A stretch of DNA of 64,000 nucleotides from Solirubrobacterales bacterium (GTDB lineage: Bacteria; Actinomycetota; Thermoleophilia; Solirubrobacterales; 70-9), in NCBI GenBank assembly GCA_036265715.1, contig DATAON010000030.1:7593-71592 (forward strand), given 5' to 3'. This document shows positions 1 to 9,419 of this stretch, in pieces. A model generated the notes under the pieces. That model had not been told where the DNA came from. It made no database searches and saw only the letters and a list, made by a program, of their open reading frames with translations. Position 1 is the first letter of the stretch. Each line of letters opens with the position of its first letter. The position numbers and the translations under genes were made by a program.

Positions 1-3000
1 GCAGCGTGAAGGGAAACGTCGGACACCTGAAGGCCGCGGCGGGGCTGGCCGGGCTGGCAAAGGTGGTGCTGGCGCTGCGCCACAAGACAATCCCTCCGGC
101 CGCCGGATCGCAGACCGCCAATCCCTCGCTGCGACTCCGAGAGCGCGGGCTGATCACGCCGAGCGCCACGCTCCCATGGCCCACCCTCCCCGACCAGCCG
201 CGGCGAGCTGGCGTGAACTCCTTTGGCCTGGCGGGAAGCAACTACCACGCCTTAATCGAGGAGTACGTTCCCGCCGGCCAAAGGGCTAAATCGACAACGG
301 CGCGCCAGAGCGCGACCAGCTCGGCATCGTGGAGCGCCGGCTCCGAGCAGCAGCTGGCGACGCAGCTGAGCAGTCAGCCCGAGGGATCCCTCGCCGCTCA
401 GGCCGGGGCCCGCGCCGCGATCGTCTGGGGCCCGGACGAGAGCGAGCAGCCGGCGCTGCGCCGCAGGCAGCTCCAGGCCCACCTCGGGGCCGAGCGCCAG
501 GGCCGAGGGCGACTCGCCCATCCCGACGTCTTCTGCAACGTCGCGGGCACGCCGGGGGGGCCAGTCTGCTTCCTCTTTCCCGGCCAGGGCGGGCAATACG
601 GCGGGATGCTGCGGCGCATGGCTGCGCACGAGCCGTTCGTCGGCGAGATCGTCGCGGAGGCCGGCGCTGCCCTTGCCGAGGAGATTCCCGACTTCGCCGA
701 TCGCTTTTGGGGCAGCGCTGCGCTCCCGGCGGAGCCGGCGGCGGATGGCTGGCTCGAAGACACCTCCCACGCCCAGGTCGCGACCGTCCTCACCAGTCAC
801 GTGCTGACCGAATGGATGGCCCGAAGAGACATCCGCCCTCAATCACTGCTGGGACACAGCATCGGGGAGCTCTCGGCTCTTAGTGCGTCAAACGCAGTCG
901 CCTTCGGCGACAGCCTCAGGATCGCTTGCTGGCGCGGTCGAATTGCGAAACAGCTGGCGGGAAGCGAGGGTCAGGCGATGGTCGCCGTGGCGGGCCCCCT
1001 GCGCGAGGTCAGCGCCGCCGCCGCGGAAGTCGCCGACGCCCATGTGGCGAACCTCAACTCACCAGGCCAAACGGTTGTCTCGGGCACCCAACCCGCGATC
1101 GAACAGCTGACCGAGGTGGCCCGTGGACGCGGCCTGCAGGTGACGCTGCTCCCGATCGAGCTGGCCTTTCACAGCCCGCTGATGGCGGCGATGGTCGACC
1201 CCCTCTTGGAGCGGCTCCGCGAGATCGAGTTCCGGCCGCCCGCGATCACCACGTACTGCTCGGTGACCGGGCGCCCTTACCCGGTCGACGCCGGGGCCGA
1301 GCAGATCCGCGAGGCGATCGCGAACCTGTACACGGCCCGCGTCGACTACTCGTCGATGGTCACCGATGCCCACGCCAGCGGAGCAAGGACCTTCGTCGAG
1401 GTCGGGCCGAAGCGAGCCTTGGTGGACCTGGCGAAGGAGAACCTCGGGAACGGCCAGGCCGAGTACGTCCCGCTCCTGCACCCCAAGGGGGGCGAGGACC
1501 GCCACCTCACCCGAGCGGCCGCTCGACTTTGGACGCTCGGGCTCACCGACGTCCGCCCCGAGGAGCGGACGCCGGAGAAGCCGGGCGTCGCCTCGAGAGG
1601 GCCCGGGAGCGGCTGTCGAGCCCTTGTGCCGGAGGTGCGCCCGGCGCGAGCGCCGGGCGCCGGGCGCGACTGGCGGGGCGCGCGGCCGCTGATCGTCAGC
1701 GACGGCTCGGGCCTGGCGGAGGGGCTGGCCGAGCGGCTTCGCGCCGAAGGCGCGGAGCCCCATGGCCTGACCGTGCTGGAGACGGTGTCCGAGAGCCACA
1801 CGCGGCGCTACGGGTCGCCGATCCGAATCTCCGATCTGGGCGCCACCACGCAGGGCCTGCCCGCGCCCACCTCGGTCTACTTCCTGCCCGCGTTCGACGT
1901 GCGCCGGCACAGAACACCGGCCGACCTGCACGAGGTCTCGCTCACCAACGGCTCGCTGGCAACCCTCCGCGAGCTGCTTCGAGCCCTCGGTGACGAGTGG
2001 CTGGAAGGAGAAGAGGCCGAGCTCACGGTCGTCACGCGCCTCGACGGGGTCGGCGGCCATACGGCCGGCGCCCGCAGCCGGCCCAGCGGGGGCGCGCTAC
2101 GCGGATTCCTCCGTGCCCTGCGCCGGGAGTTCCCCACCCTGCGCTGCAGGGCACTGGACCTATCCCCCCTGGCGACCGTCCTGGAAGCCGTCGACGCGAC
2201 GCTTGGCATCCAGGGCAGCCGCGGCGGGCACGTCGAGCTGGGGCGTCTCGGAGACGACTGGAATCAAAGCGTCCTCGTCCCGGCGTTCGAGTCTCCGGAG
2301 CAGCTCGCCGCGTCGACCGCGGACCCGCCGTGGACTGAAAACGGCACGATCCTGCTGACCGGCGGCGCGCGCGGAATCACCGCCGCCGTTGCGGGGGCGA
2401 TCAATGCCGCTCGTCCCGCCCACCTCCTGCTGCTCGGCAGCACGGCGCCCGCCGACCCAGACGATCCGCTCCTGAGCCTCGGCCCAGCAGAGCTCGACGC
2501 CGAGAAGATTCGCCGGTTCCAGGCGGCGAAGCGCGACGACCCCGGCCTCACTCCGGTGCGATTCGAGCGCGACTGGAAGCCCGTCCTGCACGGTCTCGAG
2601 GTCACCAGGAACATCGATGCCCTTCGCGCCAGCGGTGCCAACGTGGAGTACGCCCGCGTCGACCTCACCAACGCCCACTCCGCGCGGTCCTTCGTCACGT
2701 CCCTGCGGCAACGGGGGGCACGCGTGGAGGCCCTGATCCACGGCGCGGGGCTGGAGAGGAGCATGCCGGTCGGGCAAGCGGACGCAGCCGCCTGGGACCG
2801 CACCGTCGCGGTCAAGGTCGCCGGCCTGCATCATCTCCTCCCCCTGCTCGGCCCGGAGACCCGCGCTGTTCTCCTCTTCGGATCCATCGCCGCCGCCTTC
2901 GGCGGGCACGGGCAGACCAGCTATTGCGCGGCCAACGAGTACCTGAGTCGATTTTCCGCCGTGCTGTCGGCGCGACTGCCGTCAACCCGGGTGACGACCA

Positions 3001-4154
3001 TCGCCTGGCCTCCCTGGGAGGAGATCGGGATGGCCGCCAGCCGCTCTTCCTCCCGCGCCTTTCTCGAAGCCCACGGGATTCGCTACATGTCGCCGCGCGA
3101 GGGCACCGCCTGGGCACTGGCGTCGTTGTGCGCCACCGCAGCGCCCTCCGAGCTGGTGATCCTCCCACCGGGGGCGCCGGACGAGATCCGGGAGACGCGC
3201 AACGTAGACCTCTCGCACCCCCGCTCCGCCCGGGCCGAGCTCGCCCTCGTCAGCTCGGTGGTCCCCGGCGAGGACGGCGGCCATCTCGTCCGCTGGCGCT
3301 TCGACCCGGAGGCCCACGCGCATCTCCTCGAGCACCGGGTCGGTGGCAAGGTCAGGCTTCCGGCGGCACACCTGATCGAGCAGATGGCGGAGGCCTTCTC
3401 CGCCGCGACGGCGAGCCGGTCGCGACTGCGGCTTCGGGAACTTCGAATCGATCAACCCCTGATCCTTGCCCCGGAGCGGACTCGAGACATCTTCGTCGAG
3501 GTCTCTCCTCGCGCCGCCGGCGGCGAGCACCGGATCCGGATGTGGACCTACCCGGCCCTGCCAGACGGAACCCTCGTGCCCCGCCGGCTCCAGGTCGCCG
3601 AAGCGCGGGTCCTCGGCATCGACGACTCCGAGCGGGGAGGCGAGCGCGTCGAGCTGGCCCTTGGGGACGCCGCCCAGATGGACCCGGCGGTGCTCGCGGC
3701 GGAGTTCGCGAAGAACGGGATCGAATACGGACCCCGCTTCCAGGGGATCCGCCAGTTCGCCAGCTGCCCTGACTTTGCCTACGCGGCCGAGATCGAGCCG
3801 CTGCACGACACCGCCTTGACGGGGTCGACCTTCATGGACGTTCCACTGCTCGACCTTGCCCTGCAGTCGCTCAGCAGGATCCTGATCGGCACCGGCGGGG
3901 GGCTCCCCGTTGGCATCGATCAGGTCGACGTCCTCAGCCGCCCGGAGGCAGAGCCAACTGGTCGGGGATGGGCGCTTGGAAGCGGCGACGGGTCCGACCC
4001 CGAAAGCGTCGGGGTGCTCCTTGTCGATGATGCGGGAGCGGCACTGGCGCAGGTGAGGGGGATCCACCTGAAGCAGTCGATCGACGCCGGCGCCGCGCCG
4101 CCGGCCGGCGACCTCGCTGACCTGGTGGGCGCGAAGCCCGGGTTGGGAACCTGA
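1..4154 (+). CDS. Type I polyketide synthase / PUFA-synthase-like megasynthase, 5'-partial (KS C-terminus - AT - KR - DH)
   Basis: The frame is open to the window edge. The track ORF 6..4154 begins at an internal GTG, and SVKGNVGHLKAAAG is the conserved KS C-terminal block. AT: GQGGQY, GHSIGE (nt ~852-869), LAFHS. KR: LLTGGARGIT (nt ~2350) and SYCAANEYL. DH: LEHRVGGKVRLP (HxxxGxxxxP, nt ~3330) and LLDLALQS. No GxDS carrier motif or TE is seen before the stop. Confidence 0.9.
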   Translation, partial: SVKGNVGHLKAAAGLAGLAKVVLALRHKTIPPAAGSQTANPSLRLRERGLITPSATLPWPTLPDQPRRAGVNSFGLAGSNYHALIEEYVPAGQRAKSTTARQSATSSASWSAGSEQQLATQLSSQPEGSLAAQAGARAAIVWGPDESEQPALRRRQLQAHLGAERQGRGRLAHPDVFCNVAGTPGGPVCFLFPGQGGQYGGMLRRMAAHEPFVGEIVAEAGAALAEEIPDFADRFWGSAALPAEPAADGWLEDTSHAQVATVLTSHVLTEWMARRDIRPQSLLGHSIGELSALSASNAVAFGDSLRIACWRGRIAKQLAGSEGQAMVAVAGPLREVSAAAAEVADAHVANLNSPGQTVVSGTQPAIEQLTEVARGRGLQVTLLPIELAFHSPLMAAMVDPLLERLREIEFRPPAITTYCSVTGRPYPVDAGAEQIREAIANLYTARVDYSSMVTDAHASGARTFVEVGPKRALVDLAKENLGNGQAEYVPLLHPKGGEDRHLTRAAARLWTLGLTDVRPEERTPEKPGVASRGPGSGCRALVPEVRPARAPGAGRDWRGARPLIVSDGSGLAEGLAERLRAEGAEPHGLTVLETVSESHTRRYGSPIRISDLGATTQGLPAPTSVYFLPAFDVRRHRTPADLHEVSLTNGSLATLRELLRALGDEWLEGEEAELTVVTRLDGVGGHTAGARSRPSGGALRGFLRALRREFPTLRCRALDLSPLATVLEAVDATLGIQGSRGGHVELGRLGDDWNQSVLVPAFESPEQLAASTADPPWTENGTILLTGGARGITAAVAGAINAARPAHLLLLGSTAPADPDDPLLSLGPAELDAEKIRRFQAAKRDDPGLTPVRFERDWKPVLHGLEVTRNIDALRASGANVEYARVDLTNAHSARSFVTSLRQRGARVEALIHGAGLERSMPVGQADAAAWDRTVAVKVAGLHHLLPLLGPETRAVLLFGSIAAAFGGHGQTSYCAANEYLSRFSAVLSARLPSTRVTTIAWPPWEEIGMAASRSSSRAFLEAHGIRYMSPREGTAWALASLCATAAPSELVILPPGAPDEIRETRNVDLSHPRSARAELALVSSVVPGEDGGHLVRWRFDPEAHAHLLEHRVGGKVRLPAAHLIEQMAEAFSAATASRSRLRLRELRIDQPLILAPERTRDIFVEVSPRAAGGEHRIRMWTYPALPDGTLVPRRLQVAEARVLGIDDSERGGERVELALGDAAQMDPAVLAAEFAKNGIEYGPRFQGIRQFASCPDFAYAAEIEPLHDTALTGSTFMDVPLLDLALQSLSRILIGTGGGLPVGIDQVDVLSRPEAEPTGRGWALGSGDGSDPESVGVLLVDDAGAALAQVRGIHLKQSIDAGAAPPAGDLADLVGAKPGLGT

Positions 4155-4169
4155 GCGGGAGCCATAAGC

Positions 4170-5189
4170 GTGGAGTCAGCACCGAGAATCCTTGTGACCG
4201 GCGGCCTGGGCTTCATCGGCCGCCACCTGATCGAGCGCCTGCGCGTCGACCTCCCGGCGGCGACGATCGCCGTCTACGACGGGAGGATTTCCTACGAGCC
4301 GGATGCAGGCATCGCGTCTGAGGAGAGGCGGCAGCGCGAGCGCCGGGTGCGGGAGGAAGCCGACGTATTCGTCGGCGACCTGCTCGACCCGGCGGAGATC
4401 ATTCGTGTGACCCGCCTGCTTCGCCCGACCCACGTGGTTCACCTCGCGGCGGTCCCAATCGCTTCGCTGGCGAGCGAACGGCCACGCTGGGTGGTTGAAA
4501 TGAACGTCGGCGGCACGCTGAGCCTGCTTCAGGCTCTGAGCTCGGTGAGCGCAACGCTGCGCCGTTTCGTCTTCTTCTCCTCCAGCTTCGTGTACGGCCA
4601 CTTCAAGACCGAGCCGATCGGGGAGGATGCTCCCTGCGCGCCGATCGATCTCTACGGGGGCAGCAAGCTCGTCGGCGAGCAGCTCGTGCGAGCCTTCTGC
4701 GGTCAGACGGGAGCGGAGTCGGTCGTGATCCGCCCGTCTGCCGTTTACGGGCCCGAAGACACCAACCGCCGGGTCATCCAACGCTTCGTCGAGGCAGCGT
4801 TCGACGGCCGCGCCCTGCGCATCCACAGCAACGCCTCGCCGCTCGACTTCACCTACGTCGGCGACCTTGCCGCCGGCGCATCCCTCGCCCTGAGAGCGAC
4901 GGCTGCGCGCGATCAGGTGCTCAACCTCACCGCGGGTGGCTCCCACTCGCTCGATGAGGTCGTCCGGCTCCTTGGCGGGCACTTCCTGGACCTGAAGACC
5001 CAGCGGGTGGAAGGGGGCGCGGCAACGCCGCGTCGGGGACAGCTCGACATCACCCGCGCCCGAGAGCTGCTTGGGTACCGACCGCAATACGCCCTCGACG
5101 AGGGGCTCTCGCTGTACGTCGAAGACCTCGCTTCTCGCCGCGAAGGCCTCGCCCCCCCTGCGTCTGCAGCGACGGGGTTGGGGGCCTGA
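4170..5189 (+). CDS. NAD-dependent epimerase/dehydratase (extended SDR)
   Basis: N-terminal GGLGFIGRHL Rossmann motif and YGGSK (YxxxK) catalytic motif. GTG start 15 nt after the PKS stop, with GGGAG upstream. Confidence 0.8.
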   Translation: MESAPRILVTGGLGFIGRHLIERLRVDLPAATIAVYDGRISYEPDAGIASEERRQRERRVREEADVFVGDLLDPAEIIRVTRLLRPTHVVHLAAVPIASLASERPRWVVEMNVGGTLSLLQALSSVSATLRRFVFFSSSFVYGHFKTEPIGEDAPCAPIDLYGGSKLVGEQLVRAFCGQTGAESVVIRPSAVYGPEDTNRRVIQRFVEAAFDGRALRIHSNASPLDFTYVGDLAAGASLALRATAARDQVLNLTAGGSHSLDEVVRLLGGHFLDLKTQRVEGGAATPRRGQLDITRARELLGYRPQYALDEGLSLYVEDLASRREGLAPPASAATGLGA

Positions 5190-6328
5190 TGACCGACAAC
5201 GCAGTGGCGGACGTGCCGCTCGCCCGGCCGGAAATCACCGACTCAGAGGAGCGCGCGGTGATCGAGGCCCTGCGGTCAGGGTGGGTGAGCGAGGGCCCGG
5301 AGGTGGCGCGCTTCGAGCAGAGCTTTGCGGCGCTCGTCGGCACCCGTCACGCCGTGGCGGTCAACTCCTGCACGTCCGCTCTGTTCCTGACCCTGTTGGC
5401 CTCGGGCATCAAGGGGGAGGTCCTGGTCCCGAGCTACACCTGGGCGGCGACCGCGAATGCCGTCGTCGCGGCGGGCGCGACCCCGGTGTGGGTCGACATC
5501 GAGGACCGGTCCTTCGGCATGAGCCCCGCGGACGCCGCGACGAAGCTCACTCCCGCCACCGAGGCGATCGTCTGCGTTCACCTGGCGGGACACGCCTGCC
5601 AGGTCGAGGCGCTCGCCGCCCTTGCCGACGAGCACTCGCTCTTGCTCGTGGAGGACGCCGCGCAAACGCTGGGAGGGCTCGTCGGCGATCGCCAGGTCGG
5701 CTCCTTCGGCGTTGGCTGCTTCTCCTTCTTCGCCACCAAGGCGATCACCACCGGCGACGGCGGGATGGTGACCACGGACGACGAAGGCCTGGCGAGCGCG
5801 ATCCGCCGTCGCTCCCGCCACGGCGTCGCGACCGGCTCGGTTCCATGGCACAGGGAGGCCCTCGAAGTGGGGTTCAACATGCGCATGCCAAATGTCCTGG
5901 CCGCACTGGGCCGAGCCCAGCTCGATCGCCTGGACGAGATGAACCTGAGACGCAGATCGGCCGCCGATGCCCTCACGCGTCTCCTCGCCCCCTGTCGCGA
6001 CCAGGTTCGCCCACCAATCGAGAGGCCCGGGTTCACCCACGTGTACCAGATGTACCTGGCGACCCTGACGGCCGCGACGCCGCGCGACGAGCTGGTCCTG
6101 GCATTGCGACGGAGGGGCATCGAGGCATCGGTTCACTTCACCCCGGCAGTCCATCGACAGGCCGCGTATCGCGACCGCTGGGCCAGTGGCTCAGACTCGC
6201 TCCCGGTCACCGAGGACGTCTGCGAGCGAGCGGTCACCCTTCCCATCCATCCTGGGATCTCCGAAGCCGACCTTGACCGCGTGGCAGTGGCAACCGCCGA
6301 CTCGCTTCAGGAGGTGTCGTCACAGTGA
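5189..6328 (+). CDS. DegT/DnrJ/EryC1/StrS-family PLP-dependent (sugar) aminotransferase
   Basis: Family pattern including FSFFATKAITTGDGG (PLP-lysine context). The start ATG shares a base with the upstream stop (TGATG 5187-5191). Confidence 0.85.
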   Translation: MTDNAVADVPLARPEITDSEERAVIEALRSGWVSEGPEVARFEQSFAALVGTRHAVAVNSCTSALFLTLLASGIKGEVLVPSYTWAATANAVVAAGATPVWVDIEDRSFGMSPADAATKLTPATEAIVCVHLAGHACQVEALAALADEHSLLLVEDAAQTLGGLVGDRQVGSFGVGCFSFFATKAITTGDGGMVTTDDEGLASAIRRRSRHGVATGSVPWHREALEVGFNMRMPNVLAALGRAQLDRLDEMNLRRRSAADALTRLLAPCRDQVRPPIERPGFTHVYQMYLATLTAATPRDELVLALRRRGIEASVHFTPAVHRQAAYRDRWASGSDSLPVTEDVCERAVTLPIHPGISEADLDRVAVATADSLQEVSSQ

Positions 6329-7020
6329 GCACGGCCGCGCGCGAGGACGCTCCCCGACCCGAGCAGTTGCCGGTCTTCTTTGGCGACGACCTGACTCGCA
6401 TCCACGACGTCATCGAGTGGGTTCACGCCGCGGTGAGGAAAACGCACTGGGAGCCTGAGCGCGTGCGCGATCGCTACCTCAGGCGCTCGCTGGCGGAGAT
6501 CCTCTCGGACGGGGACACGCTGGTCGTCGGGCCGTGCCCGGATCGAACCGCGATCGCCACGGTCCTTCTGCACCATCACGAAATCCCTTTCGAGCTGGTC
6601 ATTCACGAGCGCCAGATAGCCGGCTACGGCCCTCCGACCGTTCACATGGCGCTTGAGTTCGACACGCCAGAAGGAGGGCACTGGTGCGATTTCGGTTTTC
6701 GCGAGACCCGTTTCATGGCGGGCCGGTACGACTTCGACCAATCGATCGAGGAGACGATCCAGATAACCCGGTTCGCCAGCGCGGACTTCGACCCGTTCGC
6801 GCTCTCGCTCGAGCAGGCATTCGAGCTGATCGCGCCGCAGCAGGCCCAGCTGGAGGCGAAGGTGGGCTGGTTCTGCTCCCAGCTGGAGACCGTCACCCCC
6901 GAGATGCTGGAAGAGCGGATCGCCTACGAGCCAGACCAGAGCGTGTACTGGAACGCGATCGGAACAGACCACGATGCTCCCTCGCCCTCCCCGAGCCCGG
7001 GCAAGCCCGCACCGCGATGA
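6325..7020 (+). CDS. Hypothetical protein, no family recognised
   Basis: 231-aa ORF with codon usage like its neighbours. GTGA overlap with the upstream stop (6325-6328) and ATGA overlap with the downstream start (7017-7020). Confidence 0.6.
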   Translation: MSTAAREDAPRPEQLPVFFGDDLTRIHDVIEWVHAAVRKTHWEPERVRDRYLRRSLAEILSDGDTLVVGPCPDRTAIATVLLHHHEIPFELVIHERQIAGYGPPTVHMALEFDTPEGGHWCDFGFRETRFMAGRYDFDQSIEETIQITRFASADFDPFALSLEQAFELIAPQQAQLEAKVGWFCSQLETVTPEMLEERIAYEPDQSVYWNAIGTDHDAPSPSPSPGKPAPR

Positions 7021-7940
7021 CGCCCACGGAAGCCGCACCGGCGTTCCGCGTGGTCGATCTGGTCAAGCGGCACCCCGGCCAGGCGCGCCCCGCGAACAAC
7101 GGGATGACGTTTCAGGTGGGCGCTGGAGAAGTCTTCGGGATCATCGGCGGCAACGGCGCTGGGAAGACCACGCTGATCCGCCAGATGCTCGACCTCTCAC
7201 CCCCCGACTCCGGCCGGGTGGAGCTGTTCGGGCAGGAGGTTCGCTCGAGCCCGGGGCTCGTGCAGCTCCACGTCGGATATCAGGCCCAGCAAGGATCCCC
7301 GCTCCCCAACCTCCCGCTCCTGCAGGCGCTCACGGTCACGACTCGCCTTCGCGGCCTTGCGCGGCGTCACGCCGAGGCCGAGGCGAAGAGGCTCGTGGAG
7401 GTCTGGGATCTTGGGGCGTTCGCCCGCAAGCCGATGAGCCAGATGTCCGGAGGCGAGCAGCGCCTCGGCCACATCGCGCTGGCGATGGCCGGTCAGCCGC
7501 CGGTGCTGGTGCTGGACGAGCCGACCGCCGGGCTCGACCCCACCTATAGGCGCCGGACCTGGGAGGTTCTCTCGGGCCTCTGCGCTGCGGAGGGGACGAC
7601 GGTCGTCCTGGTCACCCACGATGCGGTGGAGGCCGAGAAGATCGTGCAGCGGGTCGCCGTGATTCGCGAAGGCGCGGTCGCGGCGGTCGGGCGGCCCGGC
7701 CAGCTGCTGAGAACGCTCGGCGAGCGGCTGCGGCTCGAGGTCTCGTTCGACCCAACCGTCCCGCCGCCGCTCCCGTCCGGGCTGGAATGGCACACAAGAG
7801 CCGCCGACCGGTTCGTGACCCTGCTGAAGCCCGAGGAGGTGACGGGGGCGCTCACGCAGATCGACCTGACCGCCGTCGATGGCGTCCGCCTTTACTCGGC
7901 CACGCTGGAGGATCTCTACTTCCGCTATGCCATCTCCTGA
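7017..7940 (+). CDS. ABC transporter ATP-binding protein (ABC-2/DrrA-like)
   Basis: Walker A GGNGAGKTT, signature MSGGEQRL, Walker B VLVLDEPTAGLD. Start set at ATG 7017 (residue 112 of track ORF 6684..7940). The longer track N-terminus is Arg/Pro-rich and overlaps the previous gene. Confidence 0.85.
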   Translation: MTPTEAAPAFRVVDLVKRHPGQARPANNGMTFQVGAGEVFGIIGGNGAGKTTLIRQMLDLSPPDSGRVELFGQEVRSSPGLVQLHVGYQAQQGSPLPNLPLLQALTVTTRLRGLARRHAEAEAKRLVEVWDLGAFARKPMSQMSGGEQRLGHIALAMAGQPPVLVLDEPTAGLDPTYRRRTWEVLSGLCAAEGTTVVLVTHDAVEAEKIVQRVAVIREGAVAAVGRPGQLLRTLGERLRLEVSFDPTVPPPLPSGLEWHTRAADRFVTLLKPEEVTGALTQIDLTAVDGVRLYSATLEDLYFRYAIS

Positions 7941-8700
7941 GCCCAAAGCCCTGACCGCCCCCTCGCCGGTCAACCAGCTCGTTGACCTGCTGCTGATCCA
8001 GCTCGCCAACTGGCGCTGGTCGTGGCGGGCGATGGTGGTGCTTGGGATCGCCGCGCCCACGCTCAGCGTGGCCCTGTTGAGCCGGGTGGTCGGCGACCGG
8101 CCGGACGACTTCCTACAGGCGCTGCTGGCCGGCAATGTGGTGCTCGCGCTGATGTTCGAGAACCAGAACAAGGTCGCCAGTCACTTCGCCTATATGCGCG
8201 TCACCGGCACCCTCACCTTCTTTGCCGGGCTGCCGATCCGGCAGAGCCTCGTGGTCGCCGCCACCGCCCTCGCCTTCTTCGTGCTCTCCATTCCCGCGTT
8301 CGCCTGCACCGCGCTCCTGGGGGCGGCGCTGCTCGACATCACGCTCCACCCCAGCCCCCTCCTCATCGTCGTCGCCCCCTGCGTCGCCATCGCCGTCTCG
8401 GGCATCGGGGCAGTGATCGGGGCCAGCGCCCGCAGCTTCGAGGAAGTCGGCTCGCTTGCGTTACTGGTCAATCTGGTCCTCCTTGCGGCCGGCCCCGTGA
8501 TCGTGCCGGCGAGCCAGGTTCCGGATCTGGTCGACGCGATTGGCCATCTCAATCCAGCGGTCTACGCCGCCTCGGCGCTGCGACAGGCGCTGTTCGGGCC
8601 GGTCACCGACCAGGTCATTGTCGACCTTGCCGTTCTCGCCGCCGTCGGGATCGGGACGATGGTCATCGCGAGCGTGGTCCTACGACGGCGAATGCGATGA
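7927..8700 (+). CDS. ABC-2 type transporter permease
   Basis: Multi-TM hydrophobic protein of DrrB-like size. It overlaps the ATPase gene by 14 nt. Start set at ATG 7927 (residue 17 of the track ORF). Confidence 0.75.
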   Translation: MPSPEPKALTAPSPVNQLVDLLLIQLANWRWSWRAMVVLGIAAPTLSVALLSRVVGDRPDDFLQALLAGNVVLALMFENQNKVASHFAYMRVTGTLTFFAGLPIRQSLVVAATALAFFVLSIPAFACTALLGAALLDITLHPSPLLIVVAPCVAIAVSGIGAVIGASARSFEEVGSLALLVNLVLLAAGPVIVPASQVPDLVDAIGHLNPAVYAASALRQALFGPVTDQVIVDLAVLAAVGIGTMVIASVVLRRRMR

Positions 8701-9419
8701 CGGCGGATTGGCTGGCGCCGCGAATCAAGCTCTGCGGAATCTCCTCCACACACGATCTCGCCGTGGCGGTCGAGGCCGGCCTGGACGCGATCGGCGTGAT
8801 CGTGGGAACGAGTCACGTCGCCGAGGACAGCCTCAGCGTCGAGGCAGCGGCGAGGCTGCTGCCGGGGGTTCCAAAAGGCACCGTGACGGTGCTGGTGACC
8901 CATCTCCGGGACCCCGGCTCGATTCTCGAAATCGCGGAGCTGCTCGATGTCACGACGATCCAACTGCACGGCTGCCCCTCCGCCAAGGCGATGCGCCAAA
9001 TACAGGCCCGCAGCGGGGGTCGAAACGTGACCCGGGCGATCCACGTCAACGCGCCGGAGCCAGAGAGCGAAGCCGCGACTTTTGCCCCCCTTTGCGACGG
9101 CATCCACCTGGACACCCGCACCGCTAGCCGCCTCGGCGGCACCGGCCAAACCCACGACTGGTCGATCAGCGCCAACATCGTCGATCGACTCCACCGGCGA
9201 GGTTGCCCGTGCATCCTCGCCGGTGGCCTGACGCCAGACAACGTCGAAGCCGCGATCAGGACGGTGAGGCCCTACGGCGTGGACCTCAACTCCGGTGTGG
9301 AGAGCGCGAGGGGTGACAAGAGCCGAGCGCTCGTTCATGCGTTCGTCAAGCGAGCAAGGGAATGCGCCCGGCCGATCGGGCCCGGGTCCCTCGACTCGGA
9401 CCCCCTGGGCTGCCGCTGA
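8697..9419 (+). CDS. trpF: Phosphoribosylanthranilate isomerase (TrpF/PRAI) family protein in a non-trp context
   Basis: PRAI blocks IKLCGISS, DAIGVIV, IQLHG, LGGTGQTHDW, ILAGGLTPDNV, GVDLNSGVE. ATGA overlap with the permease stop. The track ORF 8022..9419 N-terminus is an overlap artefact. Confidence 0.8.
   Translation: MTADWLAPRIKLCGISSTHDLAVAVEAGLDAIGVIVGTSHVAEDSLSVEAAARLLPGVPKGTVTVLVTHLRDPGSILEIAELLDVTTIQLHGCPSAKAMRQIQARSGGRNVTRAIHVNAPEPESEAATFAPLCDGIHLDTRTASRLGGTGQTHDWSISANIVDRLHRRGCPCILAGGLTPDNVEAAIRTVRPYGVDLNSGVESARGDKSRALVHAFVKRARECARPIGPGSLDSDPLGCR

Noticed and set aside
6684-7016. Long N-terminal extensions in the track for several genes: 6684, 8022, 9362, 22829, 34268 (to 35365), 38870, 42459, 45288 and 20076.
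   Set aside because: The extensions are Arg/Pro-rich and overlap the preceding gene. They end where a start codon forms a 1-4-nt stop/start overlap or has an SD or -10 element. The shorter starts were adopted.
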